Source of the DNA: Felis catus
Taxonomy: Eukaryota
NCBI RefSeq assembly: GCF_018350175.1
Contig: NC_058383.1
Span: 18,168,001 to 18,232,000, forward strand
DNA: 64,000 bases
Direction of reading: 5' to 3'
A model generated the notes under the pieces. It saw nothing but the letters and a program-made list of their open reading frames with translations, searched no databases and was not told the DNA's origin. The position numbers and the translations under genes were made by a program. Of the stretch, positions 1-13,400 are shown in pieces. The first letter of the stretch is position 1; each line of letters opens with the position of its first letter.

Positions 1-10
1 AGCCAGGCAG

Positions 11-125
11 GTGACGTTGAGTGCAGCAGCCTAGGTAGAAGACAACAGGGACAGCACGTGGGGATTGTGGTAAGCGCACGATTGGCGGGGAGGGGGCAGG
101 CGGGCGTGGGCGGTGGGGTGTGTCA
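11..125. promoter_or_regulatory. Promoter-like motif cluster upstream of the first MVP coding exon
   Basis: TGACGT (12-17), CACGTG E-box (55-60), inverted CCAAT ATTGG (81-85), GC boxes (about 85-113); no TATA. Confidence 0.45.
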
Positions 126-1371
126 CATCCATAGGCAGCAGCTGTGACTTGACTCTAGCCAGTTTTGCTAGGTGGAAATGTAGGGTGTAGCTCCTAATTC
201 TTCAAGAGAAGCAGGAATCAGGAGGTTGTGGAAACTCACAATTGCTAAGCAAAAAATAAATAAAAATTTTACAGAGTGTGTAGGTTAAGTAGAATTCTTG
301 TGCCTTTCCCTGGCTTCTGCAATTTTGGGGCTTCAGCCTGTTTCTCCTGCGCTAAGCCACTCCATCCTCGCTTCCGCTTTTCAGGTTAGAAGTTAGTTGA
401 ATGGTGGGGCAGATGAAGTGTCCCTCCTTTTCTGCTGGTGGCTTCAAAACGGCCTGACCAAAGTCTCCGAGGGCAGGGCTTTGAGTTGTCTAATAAACTT
501 GCTTCCCTCTGTGTGACCCCAAGGGATATATCGTCCAAAGTCCAAGGCCTGCTGGAGGCAGGGACGGGGGTTCAGGCAGGAGGCATGACCTTCCTGAACC
601 ACCCAGGATTCAGAAGCAGGTAGGATGGGGGTGGGTGAGAGACGCACTTGTTCATTCCCTTTCCCTTCCCACCCACCCCTACCTGCAAACACAGGAAACC
701 AAGAGTGACCACAGACCAGAGAGAACTGGAGAGAAAGGGACTAATTTGGTTGGGGTTTGCAACCCAGCTGACTATGGGAGCACCAGTTCCGCCAGGGATC
801 CCTCCCTTGAGAGGTGGCCCGTGTCTGAACAGTTCATCCCAGATTGCTTAAAATGTGTGTGGGGGCCATGGGTGCAAAGATAGTGTAAATATTCTTAGGC
901 TGTGGGCTACCATTGCAATACAGCTGGGTCCCGGGATCCCCTGAAATAAACAAGCCTGTGTCTGGAGGAGCCGGGGAGCCACCCAGCCACTGCTCCTGCT
1001 CTGCTGGTGAAGGCCACCTCCGGCACCTCCAGAGTCCTCATCTAAAGCCCCTTCCGGTGCTGCAGGCAGCTTGGGGAGGGAAAGGAATAGGCAGAGAACA
1101 ACCTGGGCTTCCGCGGTTAATTGTGTCAAGCAGGTCTCAGCAGGGATGAGGTCTGGATGGGCTGTGTGCCCTGGGTGGGGAGAACAGAGGAAGTGGCCGG
1201 CGTGGGGCTCAAAAGGGTGAAATAATCCGAGCTGGAGGAGGACAGGCCCACTCCCCCATCTCCAGCCAGTCCTCCGGCTCGTGCTGGCCCCGTGCCGGCT
1301 CCCTGTGCTCATCTTGTTGGATCTTTTCCCCACCTGTCTGTCCCCCTGCTGCCCTGGGCTCAGGAGTCACC

Positions 1372-1496
1372 ATGGCAACCGAAGAGTCCATCATCCGCAT
1401 CCCCCCATACCACTACATCCACGTGCTGGACCAGAACAGCAACGTGTCCCGCGTGGAGGTCGGGCCAAAGACTTACATCCGGCAGGACAATGAGAG
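1372..1496 (+). CDS. MVP: MVP coding exon 1
   Basis: ATG at 1372; donor AG|gttggt. Confidence 0.96.
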
Positions 1497-4400
1497 GTTG
1501 GTGTTGGGACTGTGCCGTGGGGTGCCTGTTAGTCTGGCTGGCGTGACCGTCCATCTCCTTCCTGTTCCCAGGCAGGATTGGCCCTGGGTTGGGTGACGCT
1601 TTCTCTCCCATTCACTGTCCCCTTCAGAAATGAGAACACGGTCCCCCAGGTCCTCACACTGCTTCTCACCCTCCTACAGGGTCCTGTTTGCCCCCATGCG
1701 CATGGTGACTGTCCCCCCACGCCACTACTGTACAGTGGCCAACCCGGTGTCCCGGGATCCCCAGGGCTTGGTGCTGTTCGACGTCACAGGGCAAGTACGG
1801 CTCCGCCACGCTGACCTAGAGATCCGGCTGGCCCAGGACCCCTTCCCCCTGTACCCAGGGGAGGTGCTGGAAAAGGTACCTGGCTTGCTTCCTCTATAAT
1901 CATTCTGCATGTTCTGCCGCCTTGTCCTAGGGCTCTGCGCTGCCTTCTGAAGGGAAAACAAACCGGGGCTGTGGGAGGGGGTGGGGGCAACATTTGCAGG
2001 TTCTCCCCAAGGACAGAATTACTGCTTCCTTCCTTCCTCCTCGCATGCCCACAGCAGACCCTCCCCTCCTTTGAGAGCTGTCAGCCCATCTCCCCTCCTG
2101 ACCTTCCAGGCTCTGGAGCCTGCTAGAAGCTCCCGACCACTCTGGTGCTAAACAATTATGCCGAGTGTGAGCATTTCATCCACTCAAACGGTGCCAGTCT
2201 GCTGGGCAGTGACCGCAATGGTAGACGAGATGAGTTTGGGCTCGGGGACTGGTGACTGTTCCTCAGGAAGGCATCACAGGCCTGCGCTTGTGGCCTGGCC
2301 CTCGTTTACGTGGCCCTCAGGCCCTGGCCTGAAAATCCCCCATACCCAGGTCCTACCTCGGATCAGCTCAGTCCCTCTCTGGGTGGGGAGTGGTTGGGGG
2401 GGCGGGGGGGGGGCAGTGTTGAAAGCTCCCTAGGTTCCCCAGCCCACAGTAGCTCATTCTCTCAAACTCCACATCCTCCAGGCCAGGAGGACAGGGCCTC
2501 TCCCTCTTTGGAGCCCAATGTCATGGAGCCGTTCCTTTTCCACCCTCTCTGCCCACACCTCTTCCCTTCCGGTCTCCACTGAGAAGGTGCCTGCCTCAGG
2601 CCTCCCTCCCCCTCCCCTTCTGACTCATGGGAGCCTCACTAATGTCCTTGTGATGACCTTGTCAATGACTTGGCCTTCTTGGCCTCATCCCTTCTGTTCT
2701 GCTGCAGCCCCTCCTGGTGCCAGTCCACTCAGGACCTGGTTATTCTCCCACCTCCCCCACCTTGGAAACTCAACCCCAGCCTCCTCAGTTGTCGTGACCC
2801 CTCAGGGCTTTTCAGTCCGTCTTCTGTCCCTCAGATTCTCTTCCTGGTCTCTTTCCTACACCAACTGGAGGTTGTCATCTTAACAGTCTCTTATGTGCAG
2901 GACCTGTGGCCAAAGCCGGTCCTGGATTGCTGTGACCCCGACCTGTCCTTCCTGTCCTCATACTCAGGAGGGGCTTCCTGGCCATGGGGACAGATCCACA
3001 AAGATGACAGTATTACCAGTAGCTGATGGGTCAAGTGGCTCATTTCCAGACCAGCTCTGTTCAGTGGTTCTCTTCCTTCCTAACCAGCTTTCTCTCCCCT
3101 TTTTTTCTGCATGCCTCTAAATATTTATCATTTTCCACTCCCTTCCTATTTTCTACCCTATTTTTTAGTAGCATTTTATTTTATTTTATTTTATTTTATT
3201 TTATTTTATTTTTTAATGTTTATTTATTTCTGAGAGAGGGAAAGACAGAGTGCAAGCTGGGCAGGGGCAGAGAGAGAGAGGGAGACACAGAATCCGAAGC
3301 AGGCTCCAGGCTCCGAGCTGTCTGCACAGAGCCCGACGTGGGGCTCGAACTCACGAACTGTGAGATCATGACCTGAGCCGAAGTTAGACACTCAACCAAT
3401 TGCGCCACCGAGGTGCCCCTTTAAGAAGCCCTTTAAAGTTTATTTATTTTGAGAGAGAACACATACGAGTGGGGGAGGGGTGGAGAGCGAGGGGCAGAGA
3501 GCGAGGGAGAGAGGGAATCCCAAGCAGGCTCCAGGATGTCAGCCCTGAGCCCGACTCAGGGCTCGGCTCAAACCCACGAACCGTGAGATCATGACCTGAG
3601 CCGAAATCAAGGGTAAGATGCTTAACTGACTGAGCCACCTGGGTGCCCCACTCACTCTTAACTTCGTCACATACTTAGAAGTCCAAGCCATCTGGTAGGA
3701 TCTGGGTCTGCATCCCCTTCCCTTATTTTATATCTGTGCTCATCTCCTTTCTACCTGTTGGGGACTCCATCAGGTGGCCCCGGGAACCTGGCTTATCCTT
3801 CTGTGTCTCTTTTTAATTTTATTTTATTTTAATCCCAGTGTAATTAACCTACAGTATTAGGCTTGGGTGTGCCATACAATGCCATATGCTTACTCAGTGC
3901 TCATCAGGATAAGTGTCCTCTTTACCCCCTTCACCTAGTTCACCCATCCCCCTCCACCTCCCCTCTGGTAACAGAGTTTGTTTGTCCTCTGTAGTTAAGA
4001 GTCTGTTTCTTGGTTTGTCTATTTTTCCCTTTATTCACTTGTTTCTTAAATTCCACCTATGAGTGAAATCATACGGTATGTCTTTCTCTAACTTACTTCG
4101 CTTCCCATTATGCTCTCCAGCTCCATCCATGTTGTTGCAAATGGCGAGATTTCATTATTGTTATGGCTGCGTAATATTCCATTGTGTGTATATACCACAT
4201 CTTCTGTATCCTTTCTTCTGTTGATGGACGCTTGGGCTTCCACAATTTGGCTATTGTAAGTAACGCTGCAATACACAAAGGGGTGCATATATCCTTTCGA
4301 ATTAGTGTTTTCACATTCTTTGGGTAAATACCCCATAGGGTGATGACTGGATCGTAGGGTAGATCTATTTTGAATTTTTTGCGAAACCTCCATACTGGTT

Positions 4401-5966
4401 TCCACAGTGGCTGCACCAGTTTGCCTTCCCACCAACAGTACGCAAGGATTCCTTTTTTTCTCCACACCCTCGCCAACTCTTATTGTTTCATGTGTTTTTG
4501 ATTTGGGCCATCCTGACAGGTGTGAGGGGATATCTTCTTGCGGTTTTGATTTGCATTTCCCTGATAATGAGTCCTGTTGAGCATCTTTTCATGTATCTTT
4601 TGGCCATCTGGATGTCTTTGGGGAAGTGTCTATTCATGTCTTCCGTCCGTTTTAATTTAGATTATTTTTTGATGTTGAGTTGTGTAAGTTCTTTATATAT
4701 TTTGGATACTCTAACCCTTTATGGATATGTCTTCTCCCATTCTGTAGGTTGTCTTAGTTTTGTCGGTTATTTCCTTGGCTGTGCAGAAGCTTTTTATTTT
4801 GATGTAGTCCCAATAGGTTGTTCTTGCTTTCTCTCTCTTGCTCAGGAGACCATACCTAGAAACATGTTGCTATGGTCAATGTCAGAGACATTACCGTCTG
4901 TGCTCTTTTCTAGGACTTTTATGGTTTCAGGTCTCACATTCAGGTCCTTAATCCATTTTCAGTTAATTTTGGGGTATGGTGTAAGAAAGCGGTACTGTTG
5001 CATTTTTTTTTTTTTTTTGCATATAGTTATATGCAGTTTTCCCAGCACCATTTGTTGAAAAGACTTTTTCCCATTGCATTCTCTTGCCTCCTTTACCAAA
5101 GATTAATTGACCATATAATTGTAGCTTTCTATTCTATTCCATTGATCTATGTTTATTTTTGTCCCAGGACCGTATTGTCATGATCACTACAGCTTTGTAA
5201 TAGAACTTGAACTCTGGAATAGTGCTACCTCCAGCTTTGTTTTTCTTTTTCAAGATGGCTTTGGTTATTCTGGGTCTTTTGTGGTTCCATACAGGTTTTG
5301 GGATTGTTCTAGTTCTCTGAAAAATGCTGTTGGTATTTTGATAGGGATTTCATGAAATCTGTAGATTGCTTTGGGCAGTATGGACGTTTTAACAATATTC
5401 TTCTAATCCATGAGCGTAAAATGTCTTTCCATCTGTGTCTCCTTTAATTTCTTTCATCAATGCCTTGTAGTTTCAGGGTACAGGTCTTTCACCTCCTTGG
5501 GTAAATTTATATACTTCTATCTTTTTTATTTATTTATTTTGAGAGAGGGAGAGAGAGAATCCCAAGCAGGTGCCGCGTCATCAATTAAAAATTTTTTTAA
5601 TGTTTATTCATTCTTGAGAGACAGAGTGTGAGTGGGGGAGGAGCAGAGAAAGAGAGGGAGACACAGAATCTAAAGCAGGCTCCAGACTCTGAGCTGTCAG
5701 CACAGAGCCCGATGTGGGGCTCGAACCCAGGAGCCGTGAGATCATGACCTGAGCCAAAGTCGGACGCTTAACCGGCTATCAGGGCCTCTCAAGATTTTAT
5801 TTTTAGGGGCGCCTGAGTGGCTCAGTCAGTTAAGCCTCCAACTTTGGCTCAGGTCATGATCTCACAGTTTCTGAGTTCGAGAGCCTGGAGCCTGCTTTGA
5901 ATTCTGTCTCCTTCTCTCTCTGCCCCTCCCCACTTGTGCTCTTTCTCTCAAAAATAAATAAATAAA

Positions 5967-6000
<34 letters not shown>

Positions 6001-7571
6001 AAGATTTTAAGTAATCTCTGCACCCAACCTGGGGCTTGAACTTACAACCCTGAGATCGAGTTCCATATTCTACCAACTTAAGCCAACCAGACACAAGTGG
6101 GGGAGGGGCAGACAGAGAAGGAGACACAGAATCCGAAGCAGGCTCCAGGCTCCGAGCTGTCAGCACAGAGCCCGACGCGGGGCTCGAACGCGCAAACCGC
6201 GGGATCATGACCTGAGCTGAAGTCGGACGCTCAACCGACTCAGCCACCCAGGCGCCCCTGAAATTTAAATTTAAAAGTAGGAACTTTTATGAGGGCCCTA
6301 TATATAAATCCAGTTTCTAGCTATTTACTGCTGCTGCTTTCCTTTCATACTTACCCTTTGATAACTGCTTGATGTCCTCTGCCCCATTTCCTCACAGCCC
6401 CTACATCTGGCCCCTGCCCCCACCCCCCACCTCCACTGAACTCGCTTTCACAAAGCTCCAAGGCCTCCCAACTCCTAATCCCTAACCTGGGTGGACATTC
6501 TGTGTCTCACGGGTCTTCTTAGCCACAACCATTGTTGACCTGCCCTGTTATTAAAACTTGTCTTTTTGGAGTGGCTCCCTTGGTTGAGTGTCTGATTTTT
6601 TATTTTGGCTCAGCTCACGATCTCATGGTTCATTAGTTCAAGCCCGGCATTGGGCTCTGCGCTAAGGGCGTGGATCCTGCTTGAGATTCTCTGTCTCCAT
6701 CTCTCTCTGCCCCTCCCCTGCTCACTCTCTCTCTCTCTCAAACACTTAAAAAAAAAAAAAAAACTTCTTTTTTTTCCCCTCCACCCGGCCCCCCGCTAAA
6801 ACTTATCTTCCTGTTTTACTCTGTGGATATCTCTTTCCATCTTCTTCGATGTCTCCCTCTCCTCTCCTGCCCTCTGCCTTCAGATTCTGTCCTGAACCTC
6901 CTGTGAGCCCTCTCATGCTCTCGTGGCCTTGACCACTTTGTCCATGTTAGACATCCACCCCTGTACCGTCGCTGGGAGCTGCCGACCTGTGAGCCCCTAG
7001 CTGCCTGTGGGAGGCTCTCTCCTGGATGTCCCACTGCCACTTCCTACTGGACATCCAAACCCGACACTTTCCCTTCCCCCCAAATCTGCTCTTCTCCCAC
7101 ATTCCCAATCTTATGTGGCGATACTACTGGGTACCTAGTCACCTGAGCTGGAAGCCTGCAGTGGCGTGGGGGACAGACAGGAAGGAGACCAGGGTGGCCA
7201 CCAGGAGACAGATTAGGAAGATCTTTCCATTATCCAGGCAAGAGATGGTGACTTAGGTGAGGGGAATGGCAGCGATAAAGGCAGATGTAGCTTTCAGCGG
7301 AACAGGGAGAAAATGATGATAGAGTAGATGTGGGAGGTGAAAAACCCCCACGCTCCTTCCAGAAATCTCACTTTCTCCTCTTCCTGCACCTTTATATCAA
7401 AAGCCAGCTCTTCCTTTGAGCCCCTGCTCAAATGCCACTCCCAGAGGGCTTTTCCTGATGTGCCCTAGGTTTCTGCAACCTCTGTCCCTTGACACTGTCC
7501 ACGGTGTGCTTGGAGACAGGGGTCTGTATCTGTCTTATCACCTGCTGGACACTTCCAATCCAGGAAGATGG

Positions 7572-7607
<36 letters not shown>

Positions 7608-10450
7608 AGCCTGCCCCCCACCACAATCAGCCAGGTGCTGTGCCCATTGAAGATGCACAAGGAAGGGCTCGCCTGCCTCCAACCCAGTGTGTGGTCAGTG
7701 GGGAGAGAGTAGAGCTGCTCGACCTTTCCGCGCTGGGTCACTCTGGTCAGAGAAAGGAGCGGCAGGCAGCTAAGCTTCACTAAAGACTGAGGTTCAAGTC
7801 CGGATCCCGTTCATCACTAGTTGTGTGACCTTGGGCATATCTCTTCCAGCCTCTCTGAGCCTCTTTCTCTCCTTTCCTGCCTCCCTCAGATCAAAGACCA
7901 AGTGAAGTTCTACTCTTAGAAACCTTTCTACAAACTTCTAAAAGGTTTGGATGCTTGTTGCCAGGTCCCCCTTCCTGATGAAAAGAGACGTGATGGCTGG
8001 AGCACGGTGGCCATCTTGTGACCATGAAGCAACCCTGATGACAAAGCCACGTGCCAAAGCATGCCTGTTACAGCCGTCCAGGCTTCCCACTTCCTTACTT
8101 TCTGCACTTCCCCGGGGCATACTAGGCCTTGAGGTGTGTCCCAGTTTCCCAGCCTAGGTTTCTAATTCAGAACCGCTTCTAAGCACTTCCTACAGAGAGG
8201 ATCGCGTGTTCTTGGCTCATTGGTAGTGGCTTCCTCTTGCTCGGTCAGCTGTTTTAGTTCTTCAGGTCAGATGGCTTTGGGACTACCCCTACCTTGTACA
8301 TTCCACTTGGCGGCTTTTGGGGGGACCTATAAAGATGGGTGCTGCGGACTCTGACCTCCAAGGTATTGGGCGTGACTCCTGGAGTCACAGTACTTACTGG
8401 ATGTCCCATGACCTCCCTTCTTCCCTTGTCAGGACATCACTCCACTGCAGGTGGTTATGCCCAACACTGCCCTCCATCTTAAGGCGTTGCTGGATTTTGA
8501 GGATAAGAATGGAGAGAAGGTGGTGGCAGGAGATGAGTGGCTATTTGAAGGACCTGGTAAGTTCCTTCCGTTGGCCGGAGTCCGGGTCAGAGGCTCCTGG
8601 CCTTTCCATTATAGCTCTGATGCCTGCTCACCTCCAGCCTCTTCTCCCCTCCCCAGGCACATATATCCCCCAGAAGGAGGTGGAGGTCCTGGAGATTATC
8701 CAGGCCACGGTCATCAGGCAGAACCAGGCCCTGCGGCTGAGGGCCCGCAAGGAGTGCTGGGACCGGGACGGCAAGGAGAGGGTGACAGGTGGGGTCGATA
8801 AGGGGTGCTGATGGGGGCGGACAGGCCGTGCTCTGCCCGCAGGGTTGGGGATGGCCACTAGCAGCCTGGGAGGAAGTACTTCCCTGGGGTCTCTCTTATA
8901 AGCTTTTGGGGGCTGCCCACTGCTGCTTTCCCTAACCCCCCCTGTGCGGGCTCTCCCCTGACCCTGCTGTCATGTTGACATGGTTTCTCCCTCCCCCCAA
9001 CCCCCACCCTTCACCCGACCCAGGGGAAGAATGGCTGGTGCGTTCCGTGGGGGCGTATCTCCCGGGAGTGTTTGAGGAGGTTCTGGATTTGGTGGACGCC
9101 GTGATCCTCACAGAAAAGGTCTGTGCTCTGGGGGGTTAAGGGACCCTGGGGTAGGGATCACTCTGAGTGGCAGAGAATAGTGGCAGAGGACATGAACGTG
9201 AAAGAGAAGCAATATTTCTAAGGCCACTAAAAGAAAAGTGCAGAGGTCAGATACCTGCGGGGTATCCTGAGTCCTCTGAGAGGATTAAAATGCCCTCCTG
9301 GGTTGGTGGAGACTGGCGGTCAGGCCTGGGAGCACTTCGTGGCCAGTGGGGCTCCCAGGTCCCCTGAGGAACTTGGAGATCGGTTTCCCCAAACGCCCCG
9401 ACCTCTTGTCCTACAGACGGCCCTGCACCTCCGGGCTCGGCAGAACTTCCGAGACTTGAGAGGAGTGACCCGTCGCACGGGGGAGGAGTGGCTGGTGACC
9501 GTGCAGGACACGGAGGCCCATGTGCCGGACGTCTACGAGGAGGTGCTGGGGGTCGTGCCCATCACCACCTTGGGCCCCCGCAACTACTGTGTGATTCTCG
9601 ACCCGGTGGGACCGGATGGCAAGAACCAGCTGGGGCAGAAGCGTGTGGTCAAGGTGAGTGCCTCCGTTTCACCTGGAGCTCTGCTCTGGGAGGGCGAATG
9701 CCCTTGACTGGAGGCCCTCGGACCTCTTCCTTCCCTCCTCCCACCCCAGGTACATGTTCTAGAAGCACCAAGCTTGTTCTGGCTCCCTCTGTGTCCTTGC
9801 ACGTCTAGTTCTGTCTTTTGAGACAGAGTCCCCCTGATCTCCCTGGTGGCCCCCGACCTCAGTTTCCACACAGTTTCTTCTGGGAGCACCTCCCGGGTCC
9901 CATCCGTGCCTGCTGTTCTGGAAACCTTGTCATCTTGCATAAAACAAACCTCTTGGTTTACGCTTCTCCCCACCCCACCTCACCCCTCTCTTAACTCTAC
10001 ATGGGACTACCAGGGATCGACACACTTTTCTGTAAAGGGCCGGATCGTAGATACTTTGGGCTTTGGGAGCACATTCCACTGTACTGGTGGAGCAAAAGCC
10101 TAGACAGCTTGTAAATGAGCGAGTGCCTCTGTGTTCCTGTAACATTTTACTTCCCGAAATAGCCCAAATGTCTAGCAGTGGATGAACAGATCACAAATTG
10201 AGGCATATCCACACAATGGAATATCCTTCAGCTATAAAAGGAAATAAGCATGTACGGATGCTCGTGTGCTAATGATCAGCATTCAGGGCACCTGGGTGGC
10301 TCAGTCGGCTGAGCGTCCGACTTCAGCTCAGGTCGTGATCTCACAGCTCGTGACTTTGAGCCCCACATCGGGCTCTGTGCTGACAGCTCAGAGCCTGGAG
10401 CCTGCTTCAGATTCTGTGTCTCCCTCTCTCTGCCCCTCCCTCACTCACGT

Positions 10451-10486
<36 letters not shown>

Positions 10487-13400
10487 AAAAACAAATAAAC
10501 ATTAAAAAAAACTACATTAGTATTTCAGCTAGTACTTGGAATTGTTTAATTCCATTTATTTTACTTTTTAAAATGGAGTTTTGGGGGGGGAGGGGCAGAG
10601 AGAGAGAGGAGAGAGAGAGGATCCCAAGCACCCTCCACGCTTAGTATGGAGCCCGATGTGGGGCTTGATCCCATGACCTTGAGATCACGACCTGAGCTGA
10701 AATCAAGAGCTGGATACTCAACTGACTGCGGCAGCCACGCACCCCTGTGTGGTTCCGTTTATACAAAATGTCCCAAATGGGTAAATCCGTAGTGATAGAA
10801 AATAGATTACTGGTTAGAGGGGGCAGGGATGGACAGAGAGGAACCGCTAATGAGTTTTTCAGGGTGATGAAAACGCTGGGATTAGATCCGAGAGATGACC
10901 GGACAACTCTGTGGATATGCCAAAACAACTGAATTGTAGACTTTAACCGGAAAAATTGTATGGTATATAGATTATATCTCAAATAGGTTGTTAAAAAAAA
11001 AAAATAGGGGCCAGATTTGGCCCAGAAACTGAGTTTGCCAATGTCCAGACGACACCATCCCAAGAAAACAACACATGGGAAAAATGAGCAAAAGAGGGTC
11101 ATATTTTTTTTTAAGCTTTTTTTTTTTTTTAATGTTTAGTTTTGAAAAAGAGAGAGAGAGTGCATGGGAGGGACGGGGGTGGTGAGGAGGGAGGGAGGGA
11201 GAGAGAGAGAGAATCCCAAGCAGACTCCACACTGTCAGCACAGAGCCAGATGCGGGGCTCAAAACTCCCAGACCATGAGATCACGACCTGCCCTGAAATC
11301 AAGAGTTGGACACTTATGGGCTACTTGGGTGGCTCAGTCAGTTGGGCATCTGATTGTAGCTCAGGTCATGATCTCACAGTTTGTGAGTTCGAGCCCCGCG
11401 TCGGGCTCTGTGCTGACAGCTCGGAGCCTGGAGCCTGCTTCGGATTCTGTGTCTCCCTCTCTCTCTGCCCCTCCCCCACTCACGCTCTGTCTCTCCCAAA
11501 AATGAATTAAAAAAAAAAAAGGGTGTTGGACGCTTTAGCGACTGAGCCACCCAGGCCCTCCAAGAGGTTTATTCTTAACGGTTGAGCTTGTGAGGGTCCA
11601 GGTCCTGACCATTTACAGGATTTATCAAGGGCGGTTTGACCAGACGAGATCTGTGGGCGTTTGTCGAGAGCCTCATGGTCCCGATAATGCTTCGCTGTAT
11701 TACGGTGGGAACGTCAGGAGGGTCTTTTGGGGCTCCTGTCCTCATCAGAAGCCTGTGGCCACAGGAACCAAAAGAGGCGCTATCAGAGGCAGTCACAACT
11801 CTGGGTGGAAACCGCTTCTAACCCCATGTCTTTCCGCTAGGGCGAGAAGTCTTTTTTCCTCCAGCCTGGAGAGAGGCTGGAGCGAGGCATCCAGGATATA
11901 TATGTGCTGTCAGAGCAGCAGGGGCTGCTGCTGAGGGCCCTGCAACCCCTGGAGGAGGGAGAAGAGGAGGAGAAGGTCTCCCACCAGGCTGGGGACAACT
12001 GGCTCATCCGCGGGCCCCTGGAGTACGTGCCCTCTGCCAAGGTAGAGGTGGTGGAAGAACGTCAGGCCATCCCTCTGGACGAGAATGAGGGCATCTACGT
12101 GCAGGATGTCAAGACTGGAAGGGTAACAGCTGAGGGATGGGCACCCTTACTGTTGTGCGGCCACGGTGGTGGCCTGCTCGGGGCTGACGGGGACAGGTGC
12201 GTGGTGGAGATGGGGGAGGAGACTTCGACAGCCTTGGTGGTGGCATCCGAGCAGGCCGGCATTCTGTGGAGTATCTGCCTTCCCTTTGTCGTAAATAGCG
12301 AAGTGCAAACTTGAGAAGCTCCCCAGGGAGAAGATGAGCCAGGTTTAAGGACGGGGACTCTGTCTCCACTGCAGAACTGGCCCCAGCATAAAGATCTAAC
12401 TGGGGAGTGGCCTGGGAACAGCAAGAACCAAATTCCTCCCCCATCCCCTTATCCAGGTGGAATTTTTCCTCTTTGCCAACCACCCCCCCCCCCCGCCCTA
12501 ATCTGAAGCCTTGACCTTGGTCTGACCTAGGACCACATCTCCAACCTCTTTCTCTAAGACGCCAACCTAAAAGTCGAGCTCAGAATCCTAGGAAGTGTTA
12601 GCGAATGTTACCTAGGTCCTAGGATTGATGGCATCTGTCCCTCCGATGCCCTCCAAGCTGCCCCCAGAAGGAAAGTTCCAGAAGAAATCCTCTGAAGCCC
12701 TTACCACGTGCCAAGTTCTCAGCACTAGACATCTGAGATGTCATTCATTCCTCAACCCTGTGCGGATGAGGAACCAAAGCAGGGGTGCGCCCAAGACGAC
12801 CGAGCTAGCAGCCGGTGCATCTGAATACAGCCTCGTTCCAGAGACCATGTTTGGCCACACCGCCACGCTACCCTACCCCCCCGCACCGGGCTGCTGGCTG
12901 GGTCCTTCCCCCTTCCCTTCCTGGGTGACGTCCCTCCCCGTTCTCTCTCAAGGTACGAGCTGTGATTGGAAGCACCTACATGCTGACCCAGGACGAAGTC
13001 CTGTGGGAGAAGGAGCTACCTCCTGGGGTGGAGGACCTGCTGAACAAGGGGCAGGACCCGCTGGCAGACAGGGGTGTGAAGGAGATGCCCAAGACCCCCC
13101 AGCCCTCCCCTCTCCGGAACAAGACCCGCGTGGTCAGCTACCGGGTCCCTCACAACGCTGCCGTGCAGGTGTATGACTACAGAGAGAAGAGAGCTCGGTG
13201 AGGGGCCATCCTGGGTGGGGGGCAGTTGGGGAGGCTACGGGGGGGAGGGGGGAGGCGGGAAGGGCCACGGGGGGGGGGGGCGAGGGGGACGAGGCGGGAG
13301 GGGTTCTCCGTGTGTCTGACTCCCGGCTCCCTCTGCAGTGTGGTCTTTGGGCCGGAGCTGGTGTCGCTGGGTCCCGAGGAGCAGTTCACCGTGTTGTCCC

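Noticed and set aside
3026..3638. Recurring [22 protein letters not shown] peptides here and elsewhere
   Set aside because: Translations of CAN-SINEs, not a gene family.
4088..5355. Several 60-190 aa ORFs
   Set aside because: Frameshifted L1 ORF2 remnants and their antisense frames.
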